A DNA stretch of 61,549 nt from Myxococcota bacterium. Its GTDB lineage: Bacteria; Myxococcota_A; Polyangia; Polyangiales; Houyiibacteriaceae. Within the stretch, counting starts at the first letter, position 1; each line of letters opens with the position of its first letter. The DNA lies in assembly GCA_039030295.1 (NCBI GenBank), contig JBCCEK010000005.1, positions 1 to 61,549 on the forward strand. Direction: 5' to 3'. Position numbers and translations under genes: made by a program. Shown here in pieces: positions 22,478 to 32,369 of this stretch. The notes beneath the pieces are model-generated. The model did no database searches and had not been told where the DNA came from. It saw nothing but the letters and a program-made list of their open reading frames with translations.

Positions 22478-22479
22478 AT

Positions 22480-23739
22480 ATGGCGAAGATCATCGGACTC
22501 CCGAAGCTCTCACCCACGATGGAAGAGGGCACCCTCGTCTCCTGGGCCAAGAAGGAAGGCGACTCGGTCGACGTCGATGATCTCCTAGCCGAGGTCGAGA
22601 CCGACAAGGCGACGATGGAGTTCCGATCGTTCGACAAGGGCGTGCTTCTCAAGATCCTCGTCGAAGAGGGCGTGACTCTGGAGGCCGAAGTCCCGGTCGC
22701 CATCATCGGCAAAGCTGGCGAAGACATCAGCGCCTTGATCGCTGAAGTGGAAGCCGGTGCCCAGGCAGCTCCGGCGCCCGAAGAGACTCCTGCCCCCGAG
22801 GCAGCTTCTCCGGCAGCGCCCGGCCCAAGCGAAGCGGCAGCTCCTGCGCCTGCCGCCCAGCCGAGCGAGCCGGTCTCCTCGAGTGACCGCGTCATTTCGT
22901 CTCCGCTCGTCCGCCGTCTCGCGAGAGAGCGCAGCATCGACCTTCGGTCGGTCGAGGGTACGGGGCCGCACGGCCGGATCATCAAGCGAGACCTCGACTC
23001 CTACACGCCAAGGCCTGCGGGCTCTGCGGTCGCGGCGCCCGGAGAACGGCCAGCACCCGAGGTGAGGCAAGCGAGCAGCATGCGGCGAACGATCGCGCGC
23101 AGGCTCACCGAGTCCAAACAGACGATTCCCCACTACTACCTCACGATCGACACCGACATCGAGCCCTTGTCGGCTGCGAGGCGCGCGATGAACGCGGCGC
23201 TCGAGGCAGAAGGCAAGAAGGTCTCGCTGAACGATCTGATCATCAAGGCGGTTGCCGTCGCGTTACGACGGGTTCCTGAGGTCAACGCTTCGTGGATGGA
23301 TAAGGAGATCCACTACCATCGCGTCGTCGACATTTCAGTAGCGGTCGCAGTCGAGGACGGGTTGATGACCCCGGTCGTTCGCGACGCGGATCGAAAGGGC
23401 GTGGTCGAGATCTCCGAAGAGGTCCGCGACCTGGCGAGCCGCGCCCGTGACCGTAAGCTGAGCGTCGACGAGATGACCAACGGGACGTTTTCGATCTCCA
23501 ACCTCGGCATGTTCGGCATCGAAGAGTTCACGGCGGTGATCAACCCGCCCGAGTCGGCGATTCTCGCGGTGGGCACGATACGCCAAGAGCCGGTCGTTCG
23601 AGACGGAGAGATCGTTCCCGGAACGCGAATGCGATTCACGATGAGCTGCGATCATCGCGTCGTCGACGGTGCGCTTGGTGCCAGGTATCTTGCCGCGCTC
23701 AAGAGCATCATCGAGGCGCCGCTCAACATGTTGCTGTAG
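22480..23739 (+). CDS. pdhC: Pyruvate dehydrogenase E2 dihydrolipoamide acetyltransferase
   Basis: Lipoyl domain LSPTMEEG...VETDKATME, Ala/Pro linker, E3-binding SPLVRRLA...GTGPHGRI, catalytic DHRVVDG. ATG 22480 lies 2 nt after the pdhB stop. Confidence 0.95.
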   Translation: MAKIIGLPKLSPTMEEGTLVSWAKKEGDSVDVDDLLAEVETDKATMEFRSFDKGVLLKILVEEGVTLEAEVPVAIIGKAGEDISALIAEVEAGAQAAPAPEETPAPEAASPAAPGPSEAAAPAPAAQPSEPVSSSDRVISSPLVRRLARERSIDLRSVEGTGPHGRIIKRDLDSYTPRPAGSAVAAPGERPAPEVRQASSMRRTIARRLTESKQTIPHYYLTIDTDIEPLSAARRAMNAALEAEGKKVSLNDLIIKAVAVALRRVPEVNASWMDKEIHYHRVVDISVAVAVEDGLMTPVVRDADRKGVVEISEEVRDLASRARDRKLSVDEMTNGTFSISNLGMFGIEEFTAVINPPESAILAVGTIRQEPVVRDGEIVPGTRMRFTMSCDHRVVDGALGARYLAALKSIIEAPLNMLL

Positions 23740-23741
23740 CG

Positions 23742-23870
23742 TTACACGAACAGCTTGAACACGAGCGCGAACGCGAGGACGAACGCCGCAACGTAGGCGG
23801 TGGTTTCCAACTTCTGGCGCATCCCGGCAGCCACCAAGCTATGCGAGAAGGCTGGCTCCTGGCTAGTCAT
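23742..23870 (-). CDS. Putative small single-pass membrane protein (42 aa, or 26 aa from ATG 23822)
   Basis: Manual translation: MTSQEPAFSHSLVAAGMRQKLETTAYVAAFVLAFALVFKLFV*. The distal codons are GC3-rich and the C-terminus is one hydrophobic helix. It fills the gap between pdhC and the FAD oxidase. Confidence 0.5.
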   Translation of the reverse strand: MTSQEPAFSHSLVAAGMRQKLETTAYVAAFVLAFALVFKLFV

Positions 23871-23925
23871 GTGCGGACGTCACCGGTGTAGGGGTCGACC
23901 CACAGCGGCGCACACCTGAAGCGCC

Positions 23926-25332
23926 CTAACAAGCGCCGTGGAACCGACGCGCATCGGCGGGAAAGATCTTCCCGGGGTTGAGAATATGCTTCGGATCGAA
24001 GACACGTTTGATACGTTGCTGCAGGTCGATCAGCGCGGGCGACTGTTCGACCGGCAGATAGGGTGCCTTGAGAACCCCGATGCCGTGCTCCCCGCTCAAC
24101 GTTCCCCTCAGCTCGACCACTCGTTCGAACAAACGCCCGATCGCGCGATCAACGTCCGGCTTCTGTTCGGGATCGTCCCAGAGGAAGTTGACGTGTAGGT
24201 TCCCATCCCCGGCGTGCCCGTAGGTGGGCACGACCAGCCCGGTTTCCTCGGACAGCTCCGCACACGTGCGCAGCAAGTCGGCCATGCGTGTGCGCGGAAC
24301 CACGACGTCTTCGGAGAGCTTGTTCTTCGCTTGGCGTCGCAGGCTGTAGCTGAGCTCACGCCGCGATGCCCACAGGCGCTCCCGTTCGCTGCTGGTTTGG
24401 GCGACGAGAACCTCGAGCGCACCGAGCTCGGTGAGGGCATTGCCGCACACTTCGAGGTCCTCTTCGAGCCGCTTCACCTCACCGTCGAGTTCCAACAAGA
24501 GAACGGCGTTCGTGTCTTGGGGCAAGGTCAGTCCTGCCTCCGGTCGAACGATGCGTATCGCCTCGGAGTCCAGAAGCTCGATGCACGCAGGCGTCCTCCC
24601 CTGTGCGAGAAGCGCACTCACCGCGGGCGCGATGTCATCGAGATGGCCAAAGCACGCGAGAAGGGTCACGGTCGCTTCGGGTTTCGGGATCAATCGCACC
24701 GTGGCTTCGGTCACGATGCCAAGGGTCCCTTCGCTTCCGATCATCAGTGCTGTGAGATCGTATCCCGTCACTCCCTTCTTGGTTTCGTGACCAAGCCGGA
24801 CCACGGTTCCGTCGGCCAATACAACGTCCATCCCCAGGACGTACTCCCTCGTGACTCCGTACTTGAAGGCCCGGGGGCCACCGGCGTTGGCCGCGAGGTT
24901 GCCGCCGATCGAGCAGGCATCGCGGGAGTTCGGGTCGGGCGGATAGTAAAGTCGTTCGTTGGCCACCGCCTCTTTGAGCTGGCCGGTGATCACGCCTGGT
25001 TGCACGCGCGCCGTGAGCTCGGCGCGATCGATGTCCTTGAGGGCTCCCATCTTCTCGAACGCGAGCACGATCCCTCCAGGAACCGGAACCGCTCCACCAA
25101 CGCGGCCAGTGCCACCCCCCCTTGGAGTCACCGGCACTTCGTACTCGGACGCCGCGCGCATCACCTGCGACACGTCTTCGGTGCTTCGCGCGCGCACGAC
25201 CGCTTCAGGGACACACGGATTCGTTTCGCTCGCATCCCCCGCGTAGGCCTCCCGCACGTCTTGATCGACGACGACCGAGTCGCTCCCACAGCTCCGTTCG
25301 ATCTCCAGGAGTGCGCTGTCTACAGGCCGCAT
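23926..25332 (-). CDS. FAD-linked oxidase, GlcD/D-2-hydroxyacid dehydrogenase family
   Basis: PRGGGTG, YPPDPNS, IGGNLAANAGG, KYGVTR, GSEGTLG, GHAGDGNLH, GEHGIG, LNPGK. Confidence 0.92.
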   Translation of the reverse strand: MRPVDSALLEIERSCGSDSVVVDQDVREAYAGDASETNPCVPEAVVRARSTEDVSQVMRAASEYEVPVTPRGGGTGRVGGAVPVPGGIVLAFEKMGALKDIDRAELTARVQPGVITGQLKEAVANERLYYPPDPNSRDACSIGGNLAANAGGPRAFKYGVTREYVLGMDVVLADGTVVRLGHETKKGVTGYDLTALMIGSEGTLGIVTEATVRLIPKPEATVTLLACFGHLDDIAPAVSALLAQGRTPACIELLDSEAIRIVRPEAGLTLPQDTNAVLLLELDGEVKRLEEDLEVCGNALTELGALEVLVAQTSSERERLWASRRELSYSLRRQAKNKLSEDVVVPRTRMADLLRTCAELSEETGLVVPTYGHAGDGNLHVNFLWDDPEQKPDVDRAIGRLFERVVELRGTLSGEHGIGVLKAPYLPVEQSPALIDLQQRIKRVFDPKHILNPGKIFPADARRFHGAC

Positions 25333-25489
25333 GCTCGAAACGTTGGGCCTCTTGTCGGAGGGGTCAAGCGCCTAGCCTCCCGAACTCGCTAGGGAAATCC
25401 GGGCGGACTTCGGACCCCGTGCGATCTGGGGGCAGTGGCGCTACGCTTGCCCCCCGGCGCGGCTGCCTGCCGCGTCCCTTGGTACTTTC

Positions 25490-26440
25490 GTGCGTTTCTT
25501 TGCTTACGTTCTGCTGGCCGCTGCGGCGGTGGTCGGCTGTGGTGATGCCGCACCCCCCGCCATGAACGATGGCGGCCCGGACGCTGGGCCTCAGCCAGAC
25601 GGCGGATCTCCCGACGGCGGTCCTGATGGAGGCGTCCCGGACGGAGGCCCCGACGGCGGTCCTCCGGAGCCTGCCTGCGGAACCACGGCCCTTTGCCCGG
25701 CGTGTCCCGATCCCGACGACCTCTGTGAAGACGACGACGGCTGCGCGATCGGGGAGGTGTGCCTCGCGACCGGTTGCGATGATCTCAAGCGATGCTTCAC
25801 CTCGCCGGGTGGTCGCTGCGTCGATGGGGACTGCGGCGATCCGCTTTACGCGTGCGACCCGGAAGCGGATCGATGCCTTCGCATCGAACCCGGTTGCCTG
25901 AGCTCGAGTGACTGCGTGGTTGGATTCGCGTGCGAAGATGGCGCATGCGTGGATCGCCGAGTCCCCTGTACGACCGCGAGCGACTGTCCGCACGGATACG
26001 CGTGCCGCGCACCAACCCCTGACCAACGCTTCTGTCGACGCGTCACCCAACCCTGTACGGCCAACATCGACTGTCAGGAGCTTGGCGTCCTTTGCGGCGA
26101 TCCAGATGGCGATGGTCAGATGGAGTGCATGGCGCCGTCCGACCCGGGCCAGCCGGGTCAGGGTTCGTGCGACAACTCACAATGCACCTCCACCGACTTC
26201 CCTGTGTGCGAGCTCACAGAACAAGGGACCGGTGCGCCGTGCGGACGATTCGGACTCTGTGCGTCTGAGCAGGACTGCGCGGACGGCTTTGCCTGCGCGG
26301 ACCTCTGGGGCGACGGTCGGTCTGAATGCGTGTTGCCTGACGGCAGCTGCGCCGATTCGCGTGATTGCTCAGTGCAACAAGTGTGTGCGTCGAGCCGGTC
26401 CGGTGACCCACCCGCGTGTATCGCCGGCGCGGAGATGTAG
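25490..26440 (+). CDS. Cys-rich secreted lipoprotein with tandem disulfide repeats
   Basis: Lipobox VVG-C, PDGG linker, repeated C-x4-5-C-x2-G-x2-C modules. Confidence 0.8.
   Translation: MRFFAYVLLAAAAVVGCGDAAPPAMNDGGPDAGPQPDGGSPDGGPDGGVPDGGPDGGPPEPACGTTALCPACPDPDDLCEDDDGCAIGEVCLATGCDDLKRCFTSPGGRCVDGDCGDPLYACDPEADRCLRIEPGCLSSSDCVVGFACEDGACVDRRVPCTTASDCPHGYACRAPTPDQRFCRRVTQPCTANIDCQELGVLCGDPDGDGQMECMAPSDPGQPGQGSCDNSQCTSTDFPVCELTEQGTGAPCGRFGLCASEQDCADGFACADLWGDGRSECVLPDGSCADSRDCSVQQVCASSRSGDPPACIAGAEM
25565..25665 (+). repeat. Coding PDGG/DGG low-complexity tandem repeat
   Basis: Encodes NDGGPDAGPQPDGGSPDGGPDGGVPDGGPDGGP just after the lipoprotein N-terminus. Confidence 0.7.
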
Positions 26441-26502
26441 CCCTTAACCCCAAGACCGTTTTCCTGTACTGTAATCCTCTTCTCTGTGTGAGCTATTTCA
26501 CA

Positions 26503-28929
26503 ATGAATTCCATACCGAAATCGATCCCCCGCGTCGTTTGGCTCGCGTCGATCAGCGCCGCCGTCGCATGTGCAGGAGCCGGGGTCGACGATAGTCAGAA
26601 CGCGGTGATCGATCCGCCCATCGAGTGTTCGCCCGATCGCCCCGACTGCTCGATCAGCATGGACTTCCCCACGCAAGGGGACCTCACCCCGGACAACTCC
26701 GCCGGCCTTCGTTTCTCGGACGAGCGTGGGGGCCTGGTCATCGACCGCCTGAGCGCGCTGCCTGACGAGGACGGGGACGGCGTGCCAGACGCCGCCGACG
26801 AATGCCTCGGCCAGCCTGGCTTCCGGGCCCCTTGCGACGGGGACGCTTCCGACGACGGCGTGTACCGCACGCTGTTCTACGACCCGTCGGGGACCGACGC
26901 CGCCCTTCGCATCGCCACGGTTCCAGTCACCGCAGACATCCCCGCCATCGACCTCTACTTCTTGGTCGATGCAAACGTGACGATGAGCGAAGAGATCGCC
27001 GAGCTTCAAACCGAGATCTCGACGATCGTGGCCGACATCGCATCGGCCTTCGCCGACGTGCGATTCGGACTCGGCATATCCCGGGAGTACCCCGATGGCA
27101 CCCTCGCCATGGTCGAGTCACAGGCGCCCTACCATCACATCCTCGATCTCACCTCGGATGTGGCGCTCTTCGAGTCGGCCGTGAGTACGCTCAACGGACT
27201 CGAAAGGTTGAGCGACACGTCGGCCCTGTCTCAGTCGTTGTATGCGACCGCCACCGGCCAGGGCCTCGCGGGCTACGTTCCCAATCGGGAGGGGTGTCCC
27301 GCCGACACCGTGGGCTTCCCCTGTTTTCGGCCGGATGTGCTCCGGGTCGTTCTCACCCTCACCGACGCCGAGATCGCGAACGGCCCGCGGCCGAGCAGTC
27401 CGATCTACGCTTTGGCGCCCGAGGTGGGGTCCATGGATCTGCCCCCGGTGACGATGGAGCCAGGTCTTCTCCTGGCCGACGACGCCGCGACCGCCCTCGA
27501 TTTGGGAGACCTCTCCGGGCGTTCGCTCACGCTGATGGGCATGAGCACGCTGCTGAACGACTCCGTTTCGACCATGGGCGTGCCTGGCTGTATGCCCGGC
27601 GATCCTCCTATGGCAGCGAACGACGATCGCGATGCCGTCGTCACCTTTCGGTTGGACACGCCCCCGCTCACCGACGTTCGCCTTCGCGCGGACAACACGC
27701 ACTACGGTGCCAACTTGGCGCTCTTCGATGGGCCGCCCTCATCAGACGATCCGCCGATGCCGCCTGCGATCGCCTGCAACGGCGGCGACGGGATGACGCC
27801 AGCGGTTGCGCCGCTGTTCTGGGGCCGCCTCGCTTGGATCCCGATGGCCGGGCAGCAGTACTACCTCGTCCATGATGCCCAGATCGCTGGCAGCGGTGTG
27901 GGCAATCCGGACCCGAGGGGCGCCTTCAGCATCTCGATTCTGAACGACGACGACCCGGCGGACGTGACGTGGACGACCGCAGACGTCCCGGTGACGTGGG
28001 CCGACACCGAGACCGCGTTGACCGACGCCAACATCCGGGTCGCCAGCGTGGTCTCACCGCGCGATATGGTGCCGAACGATGCGGACCTCGACGTCCGCGC
28101 GATGGCGACCGCCACCGGCGCCATCACCAGCACAGGCGACCAGTGGGTTGGCAATGTTGCCACGTCCGACGGCGAAGGCCTCGACGCCCAAGTCATCAAC
28201 ACGGTCTTGCGGATCATTCAGGAGAGCAACTACGACATCGAGATCGCCGCGCTCGACGACCCCGCTTCGGGATTCGACGAGACCGCATTCGTGGACGCAC
28301 TGGGCGCCAGCAGCTGCCCCGAAGACCCAGGGACGTTCGGCTTCACGTGCGACGAGGCCGTAGACGGTCAGTGCCCGGCCTGTGAACCGGGGGCACCGAT
28401 CGACTACGAGCTCCGGCTCCTCAACGGGGTCGTCCCGCCCATCGCGACGTCTCAGGTGTTCGACTTCGAGCTCGTCGTGACCGCCGACGATGTCGTCGAG
28501 GTCGACCGGATCCCCGTCCGTGTGATGGTGCCCGACGCGGCCGCCCACGAGTTCGTTGCCGTTCCGGAAGCCAACTTCTATCGCAACACCTACGACAGCC
28601 TCGACCGGTGCAATGTTCCCCCCGAACGGCCGAGTTGGGGCTCTCTCACGTGGACGGGTGACACCCCTGCGGGCTCGACCATCGAGTTCCAGATTCGCAC
28701 CGCCGACACCGAGGCCGAGCTCGAGATGGCAACGCCAGCGAGCATCATCATTCCCACCGACACGACGGATACGACCATCGACATCCGTTCCGAGCTCATC
28801 GCCGAGGGCCTTTCGGATGGCTTGCTCCTGATCGAGATCACGGCGATGCTCAACCCCTCGGGAGATCTGCTTTCGACGCCAGAGCTCGAAGGTTGGGCGT
28901 TTGAGTTCACGTGCTTTGCTGCGGAATGA
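26503..28929 (+). CDS. Large acidic surface lipoprotein with vWA-like domain (degenerate MIDAS)
   Basis: Lipobox AVA-C from ATG 26503; DEDGDGVPD thrombospondin-3-like Ca motif; DLYFLVDANVTM...DVRFGLG...VVLTLTDA vWA strands; GFPCFR motif; C-terminal beta-rich module. Confidence 0.75.
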   Translation: MNSIPKSIPRVVWLASISAAVACAGAGVDDSQNAVIDPPIECSPDRPDCSISMDFPTQGDLTPDNSAGLRFSDERGGLVIDRLSALPDEDGDGVPDAADECLGQPGFRAPCDGDASDDGVYRTLFYDPSGTDAALRIATVPVTADIPAIDLYFLVDANVTMSEEIAELQTEISTIVADIASAFADVRFGLGISREYPDGTLAMVESQAPYHHILDLTSDVALFESAVSTLNGLERLSDTSALSQSLYATATGQGLAGYVPNREGCPADTVGFPCFRPDVLRVVLTLTDAEIANGPRPSSPIYALAPEVGSMDLPPVTMEPGLLLADDAATALDLGDLSGRSLTLMGMSTLLNDSVSTMGVPGCMPGDPPMAANDDRDAVVTFRLDTPPLTDVRLRADNTHYGANLALFDGPPSSDDPPMPPAIACNGGDGMTPAVAPLFWGRLAWIPMAGQQYYLVHDAQIAGSGVGNPDPRGAFSISILNDDDPADVTWTTADVPVTWADTETALTDANIRVASVVSPRDMVPNDADLDVRAMATATGAITSTGDQWVGNVATSDGEGLDAQVINTVLRIIQESNYDIEIAALDDPASGFDETAFVDALGASSCPEDPGTFGFTCDEAVDGQCPACEPGAPIDYELRLLNGVVPPIATSQVFDFELVVTADDVVEVDRIPVRVMVPDAAAHEFVAVPEANFYRNTYDSLDRCNVPPERPSWGSLTWTGDTPAGSTIEFQIRTADTEAELEMATPASIIIPTDTTDTTIDIRSELIAEGLSDGLLLIEITAMLNPSGDLLSTPELEGWAFEFTCFAAE

Positions 28930-28955
28930 TCTGAGCGCTGATAGCATCTGCCCGC

Positions 28956-29894
28956 GTGGCTGAGGCAATCTCGAAGTCGGCTGTCGTGCGGTGGGCCCGA
29001 CTCGCGATCGTCGCGATCGCGCTCTTTGAGCTGATATCGCCTTGGGTGATCACGACCTCGGTTCCCACCGAGGCGGGATGGCGCGAAGCCACGGCGTTCG
29101 TGCGTTCGAATTTCGAACCAGGCGATCGCATCGCCGCGACCCCTCAGTGGATCTCGCCGCTCGTTCGCGCGGAGTTGGGCGACCTGCTCACCTTGCGGAC
29201 AGCCTCCGAAGACGACCTACCGGGCGCGTCGCGACTCTGGGAGGTGTCGACCCGGGGGTCGTCCTCGAGTGCGGCGAAGCCTGCGGTCGAGGCGCAGTTC
29301 GGCGGGATCCAGGTTCGCCGCTGGCCCCTCTCGACCGACGAGCTCGTGTTCGATTTCGTCGAGTACGTAGCCGACGCAGAGGTCACCTGGGTCGATGGGG
29401 AGCATTCTCACCCTTGCGCGTGGCGAGACGCGCCTCCTGCCGGCGGGGGGCTTGGGCGCGGCCCCATGGCACCCCCGGGGAGATTCGTTTGCGATCGAAG
29501 AAAGCCCTGGCTTTGGGTTGGTGCGACGGTGATGGCCGACCTCGACCTCCTGCCGCGACGTTGCGTGTGGCAGCATCCCGCCGGGACAGACCCCGTTCGC
29601 ACCCGCTTCGAACAGGTGCCGCTCGGTGACACGCTCGTCGTCGAAGGCGCGCTCGATTACAACAACGACCGACGCGAGGGCCGAAGCCCTGTGCTCCTTC
29701 GAGTCTTCATCGACGGGCACTTGGCAGGCGAACTCCGACACCGAGATCGAACGGGGTGGACCCGCGTCGAGGTCGACACGTCTCGGTTCTCGGGAAGCAC
29801 CCGCGAGGTTTGGTTCGAGACGACCACCCCAGACCCTGCGGCGCGGACCTTCTGTTGGTCAGCGTCGGCACGAAACCACCGAGGTCAACGATGA
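28956..29894 (+). CDS. Hypothetical membrane-anchored periplasmic protein
   Basis: 312-aa ORF with N-terminal TM helix, Cys pairs and a C-terminal beta-sandwich-like region; ATGA overlap with the next gene. Confidence 0.7.
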   Translation: MAEAISKSAVVRWARLAIVAIALFELISPWVITTSVPTEAGWREATAFVRSNFEPGDRIAATPQWISPLVRAELGDLLTLRTASEDDLPGASRLWEVSTRGSSSSAAKPAVEAQFGGIQVRRWPLSTDELVFDFVEYVADAEVTWVDGEHSHPCAWRDAPPAGGGLGRGPMAPPGRFVCDRRKPWLWVGATVMADLDLLPRRCVWQHPAGTDPVRTRFEQVPLGDTLVVEGALDYNNDRREGRSPVLLRVFIDGHLAGELRHRDRTGWTRVEVDTSRFSGSTREVWFETTTPDPAARTFCWSASARNHRGQR

Positions 29895-31507
29895 GCCCAA
29901 GGCGCCTGACGCGTTCGGAGTGGTGGGTCGGGGCGTCCCTGTTCATCGGCTACGTCATGATCCTCGTGTGGACCTCGTCGGACTTGGCGATGTCTCGGGA
30001 CGAGAGTTTCTACGCCCAAGCCGCGGAGTACTACGGGCGCTGGCTTGCGAAGCTGTTCTCGGACCCGAGTTTCGCGTTGACTCAAGCGAGCATCGACGAC
30101 GCCTGGCGGTACAACTGGGAGCATCCCGCGTGGATGAAGCTCATGTTTGCTTGGAGTTGGTTGGCGCACGAGACCCTCGGGCTCTTCTCGTCGGCCTCTC
30201 TTGCGATTCGGTTCCCGGGCATGGTGACCGCGGGTCTTCTTCTGTGGTTGATTTTCGCGTGGGGAACGGTGGTGCTTGGGGCACGCGGTGCCCTCTTCGC
30301 CTCGCTCGCCTTCGCGACCATGCCCCGCGTCTTCTACCACGCCCACTTGGCGGCGTTCGACGTCGCCATCGCGTTCTTAGTGACCCTGACCGCGTACACC
30401 TATTGGCGAAGCCTGACCGATCGTCGCTGGGCGCCGCTCGTCGGCCTTGCCTTCGGCCTCGCGCTAGCCACCAAGCACAACAGCTGGATGTTGCCGGCGA
30501 TCTTCGCGATCCACTATGCGTGGGTGCGAGCGCAAGACGCCCGCCACGCGCGTTCGTTGCGGCCATCGATGTGGTGGTTGCCCGCGATGTTGGGGCTCGG
30601 GCCGATCGTGTTCTTCGCAACCTGGCCTTGGGTCTGGTTCGACTCTTGGAACCGTATCGGCGCCTACGTTCGATTCCATCTCCAGCATGTGCACTACACG
30701 TACGAGTACTTCGGCGTCAGCTACTTCGAGCCGCCGTTGCCGGTCTCGGTGCCCTTCGTCATGACGCTGTTCACCGTTCCGATCACCGTCGTGGCTCTCG
30801 CGATCATTGGCCTAGCGAGTCGCCGAAGAGAGCTCGCGCCGAACTGGCGACCCGGCCCGGACGGTTCTCAAGACACCCGGGTCGAAGTCCTGTGGCTCGG
30901 ATGTCTCCTCGCACCTCTCGTCGCGATCGCGCTTCCGTCGACACCGATCTTCGGCGGCACCAAGCACTGGATCACGGCCTATCCGTTCCTCGCGCTCTGG
31001 TCTGGGCGTGGCCTCATCTCGCTGATCGGCAACACCGGAAACCTCGCGAACGCGCTGCCGGGACTAAGACGGGTGGTGTTCTTTTGTTTGTGCCTGGCAC
31101 CGGGCGTGACCCAAGCGGCTCACAGTCATCCTTTCGGCCTCTCGCACTATGGACCGGTCGCGGGCGGGACCCCTGGGGCCGCCGACCTCGGCATGAACCG
31201 GCAGTTCTGGGGGTTCACGACGGGGAGCCTTGCGTCGTGGCTCACCGAAAGGCTCCCTCAGGGCGGCTCCGTGTGGACCGGCGATACGACGTGGGGCGCA
31301 TGGAAGATGATGCAGGCCGATGGCCTGCTGCCCGACAATATCGTCCCTGCGCGGTCGATGGCCCAGGCGGATCTGATCCTGGTTCACCACGAGGCGCACT
31401 TCCGCGAAGTCGACTATCAGGCCTGGGTTTCTTCGGGTTCCCCGCAACCGGTCCACGTACTGACCTACGATGGGGTGCCGATCATCTCGGTCTATGAGAA
31501 CCCGTGA
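29891..31507 (+). CDS. GT-C fold membrane glycosyltransferase (PMT/ArnT-like, GT39/GT83)
   Basis: Polytopic; SRDESFY (DE motif) in the first loop, EHPAWMK, LALATKHN. ATG at 29891. Confidence 0.82.
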   Translation: MSPRRLTRSEWWVGASLFIGYVMILVWTSSDLAMSRDESFYAQAAEYYGRWLAKLFSDPSFALTQASIDDAWRYNWEHPAWMKLMFAWSWLAHETLGLFSSASLAIRFPGMVTAGLLLWLIFAWGTVVLGARGALFASLAFATMPRVFYHAHLAAFDVAIAFLVTLTAYTYWRSLTDRRWAPLVGLAFGLALATKHNSWMLPAIFAIHYAWVRAQDARHARSLRPSMWWLPAMLGLGPIVFFATWPWVWFDSWNRIGAYVRFHLQHVHYTYEYFGVSYFEPPLPVSVPFVMTLFTVPITVVALAIIGLASRRRELAPNWRPGPDGSQDTRVEVLWLGCLLAPLVAIALPSTPIFGGTKHWITAYPFLALWSGRGLISLIGNTGNLANALPGLRRVVFFCLCLAPGVTQAAHSHPFGLSHYGPVAGGTPGAADLGMNRQFWGFTTGSLASWLTERLPQGGSVWTGDTTWGAWKMMQADGLLPDNIVPARSMAQADLILVHHEAHFREVDYQAWVSSGSPQPVHVLTYDGVPIISVYENP

Positions 31508-31509
31508 GG

Positions 31510-32289
31510 CTAGGTGGAACGATGTCTCGCTTTGCCTGCAGCGACCCGTGCCCGGGTCATCAGTGCAAACAGGCTCTCGACGATCCCGATCACGACATAC
31601 GCGGACAGCAACCACACCAACGCCATCGAAGGGTGGTATCGGAGCGCGATCCAAATCGTGACGGCCAGTGCCGTCGAGATGAACAACACGGTCCGCCACG
31701 AAAGACGAAGGTCTTTGAATGAGCGGAAGGGCATCGGGCTCACCATGAAGAACGACAGCGCCACGACCAACGTCGAAATGATGAACGGCGAAAAAGGAAG
31801 CTTCCCCGTGAGCGTGTTGGCGACCACGATCGAGATGAGGATCGCTGCCGCCGCCGGGATCGGCATGCCTTGGGTGTACTTTCCAGGCGCGTGGGGTTGC
31901 CCGTCGTCGCCTGTGGAGGTGACGTTGAAGCGGGCGAGCCTGATCGCGCCGGTCCCGACAAACACGAACCCGACCAACATGCCTGCCGTCCCTAGCTCTT
32001 CGAGTGACCAGTGGTAGACGAGGATGGCTGGCGCGACGCCAAACGACACGATGTCGGCGAGGGAGTCGAGTTGAACTCCGATCGCAGTCTGGGTCTTGGT
32101 AAGGCGCGCGACTCGTCCGTCGATCGTATCGAAGAAGAGCGCGAAGATGATCAGCAGGGCGGCTCGGTAGAAATCCTCTCCGGTCGGTTGGCCCGAGCAG
32201 ATCAAGATCGCGTAGTACCCGCAGAGCACGCTGCACAGCGTGAACAAGTTGGGGAGGATGAAGAGGCTCTTCCTCAGGTCTACTTTCAC
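31510..32289 (-). CDS. pssA: CDP-diacylglycerol--serine O-phosphatidyltransferase
   Basis: LPNLFT, DTIDGRVAR...GVQLDSLADIVSFGVAP, RLARFN, GMPIPAAA. Confidence 0.93.
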   Translation of the reverse strand: MKVDLRKSLFILPNLFTLCSVLCGYYAILICSGQPTGEDFYRAALLIIFALFFDTIDGRVARLTKTQTAIGVQLDSLADIVSFGVAPAILVYHWSLEELGTAGMLVGFVFVGTGAIRLARFNVTSTGDDGQPHAPGKYTQGMPIPAAAAILISIVVANTLTGKLPFSPFIISTLVVALSFFMVSPMPFRSFKDLRLSWRTVLFISTALAVTIWIALRYHPSMALVWLLSAYVVIGIVESLFALMTRARVAAGKARHRST

Positions 32290-32369
32290 GGGGGATCCAT
32301 CACTTGCTGCACCCAGGCGAGGTCATAGGCTACGAGATGGCGTTTTTGATGTCCACCTCGCGTCCGAAC

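Noticed and set aside
22105-22479. 125-aa N-terminal extension of PdhC in the ORF track
   Set aside because: It overlaps pdhB in another frame and is Arg-rich shadow sequence; the lipoyl domain starts at ATG 22480.
20478-23739. pdhABC lacking lpdA; also gyrB without gyrA and dnaJ without dnaK/grpE
   Set aside because: Dispersal of these genes is common and not informative within one window.
29626-31497. 623-aa alternative-frame ORF over the glycosyltransferase (and many similar long shadow ORFs)
   Set aside because: Arg/Pro/Ala-rich and motif-free; expected in high-GC DNA where stops are rare.
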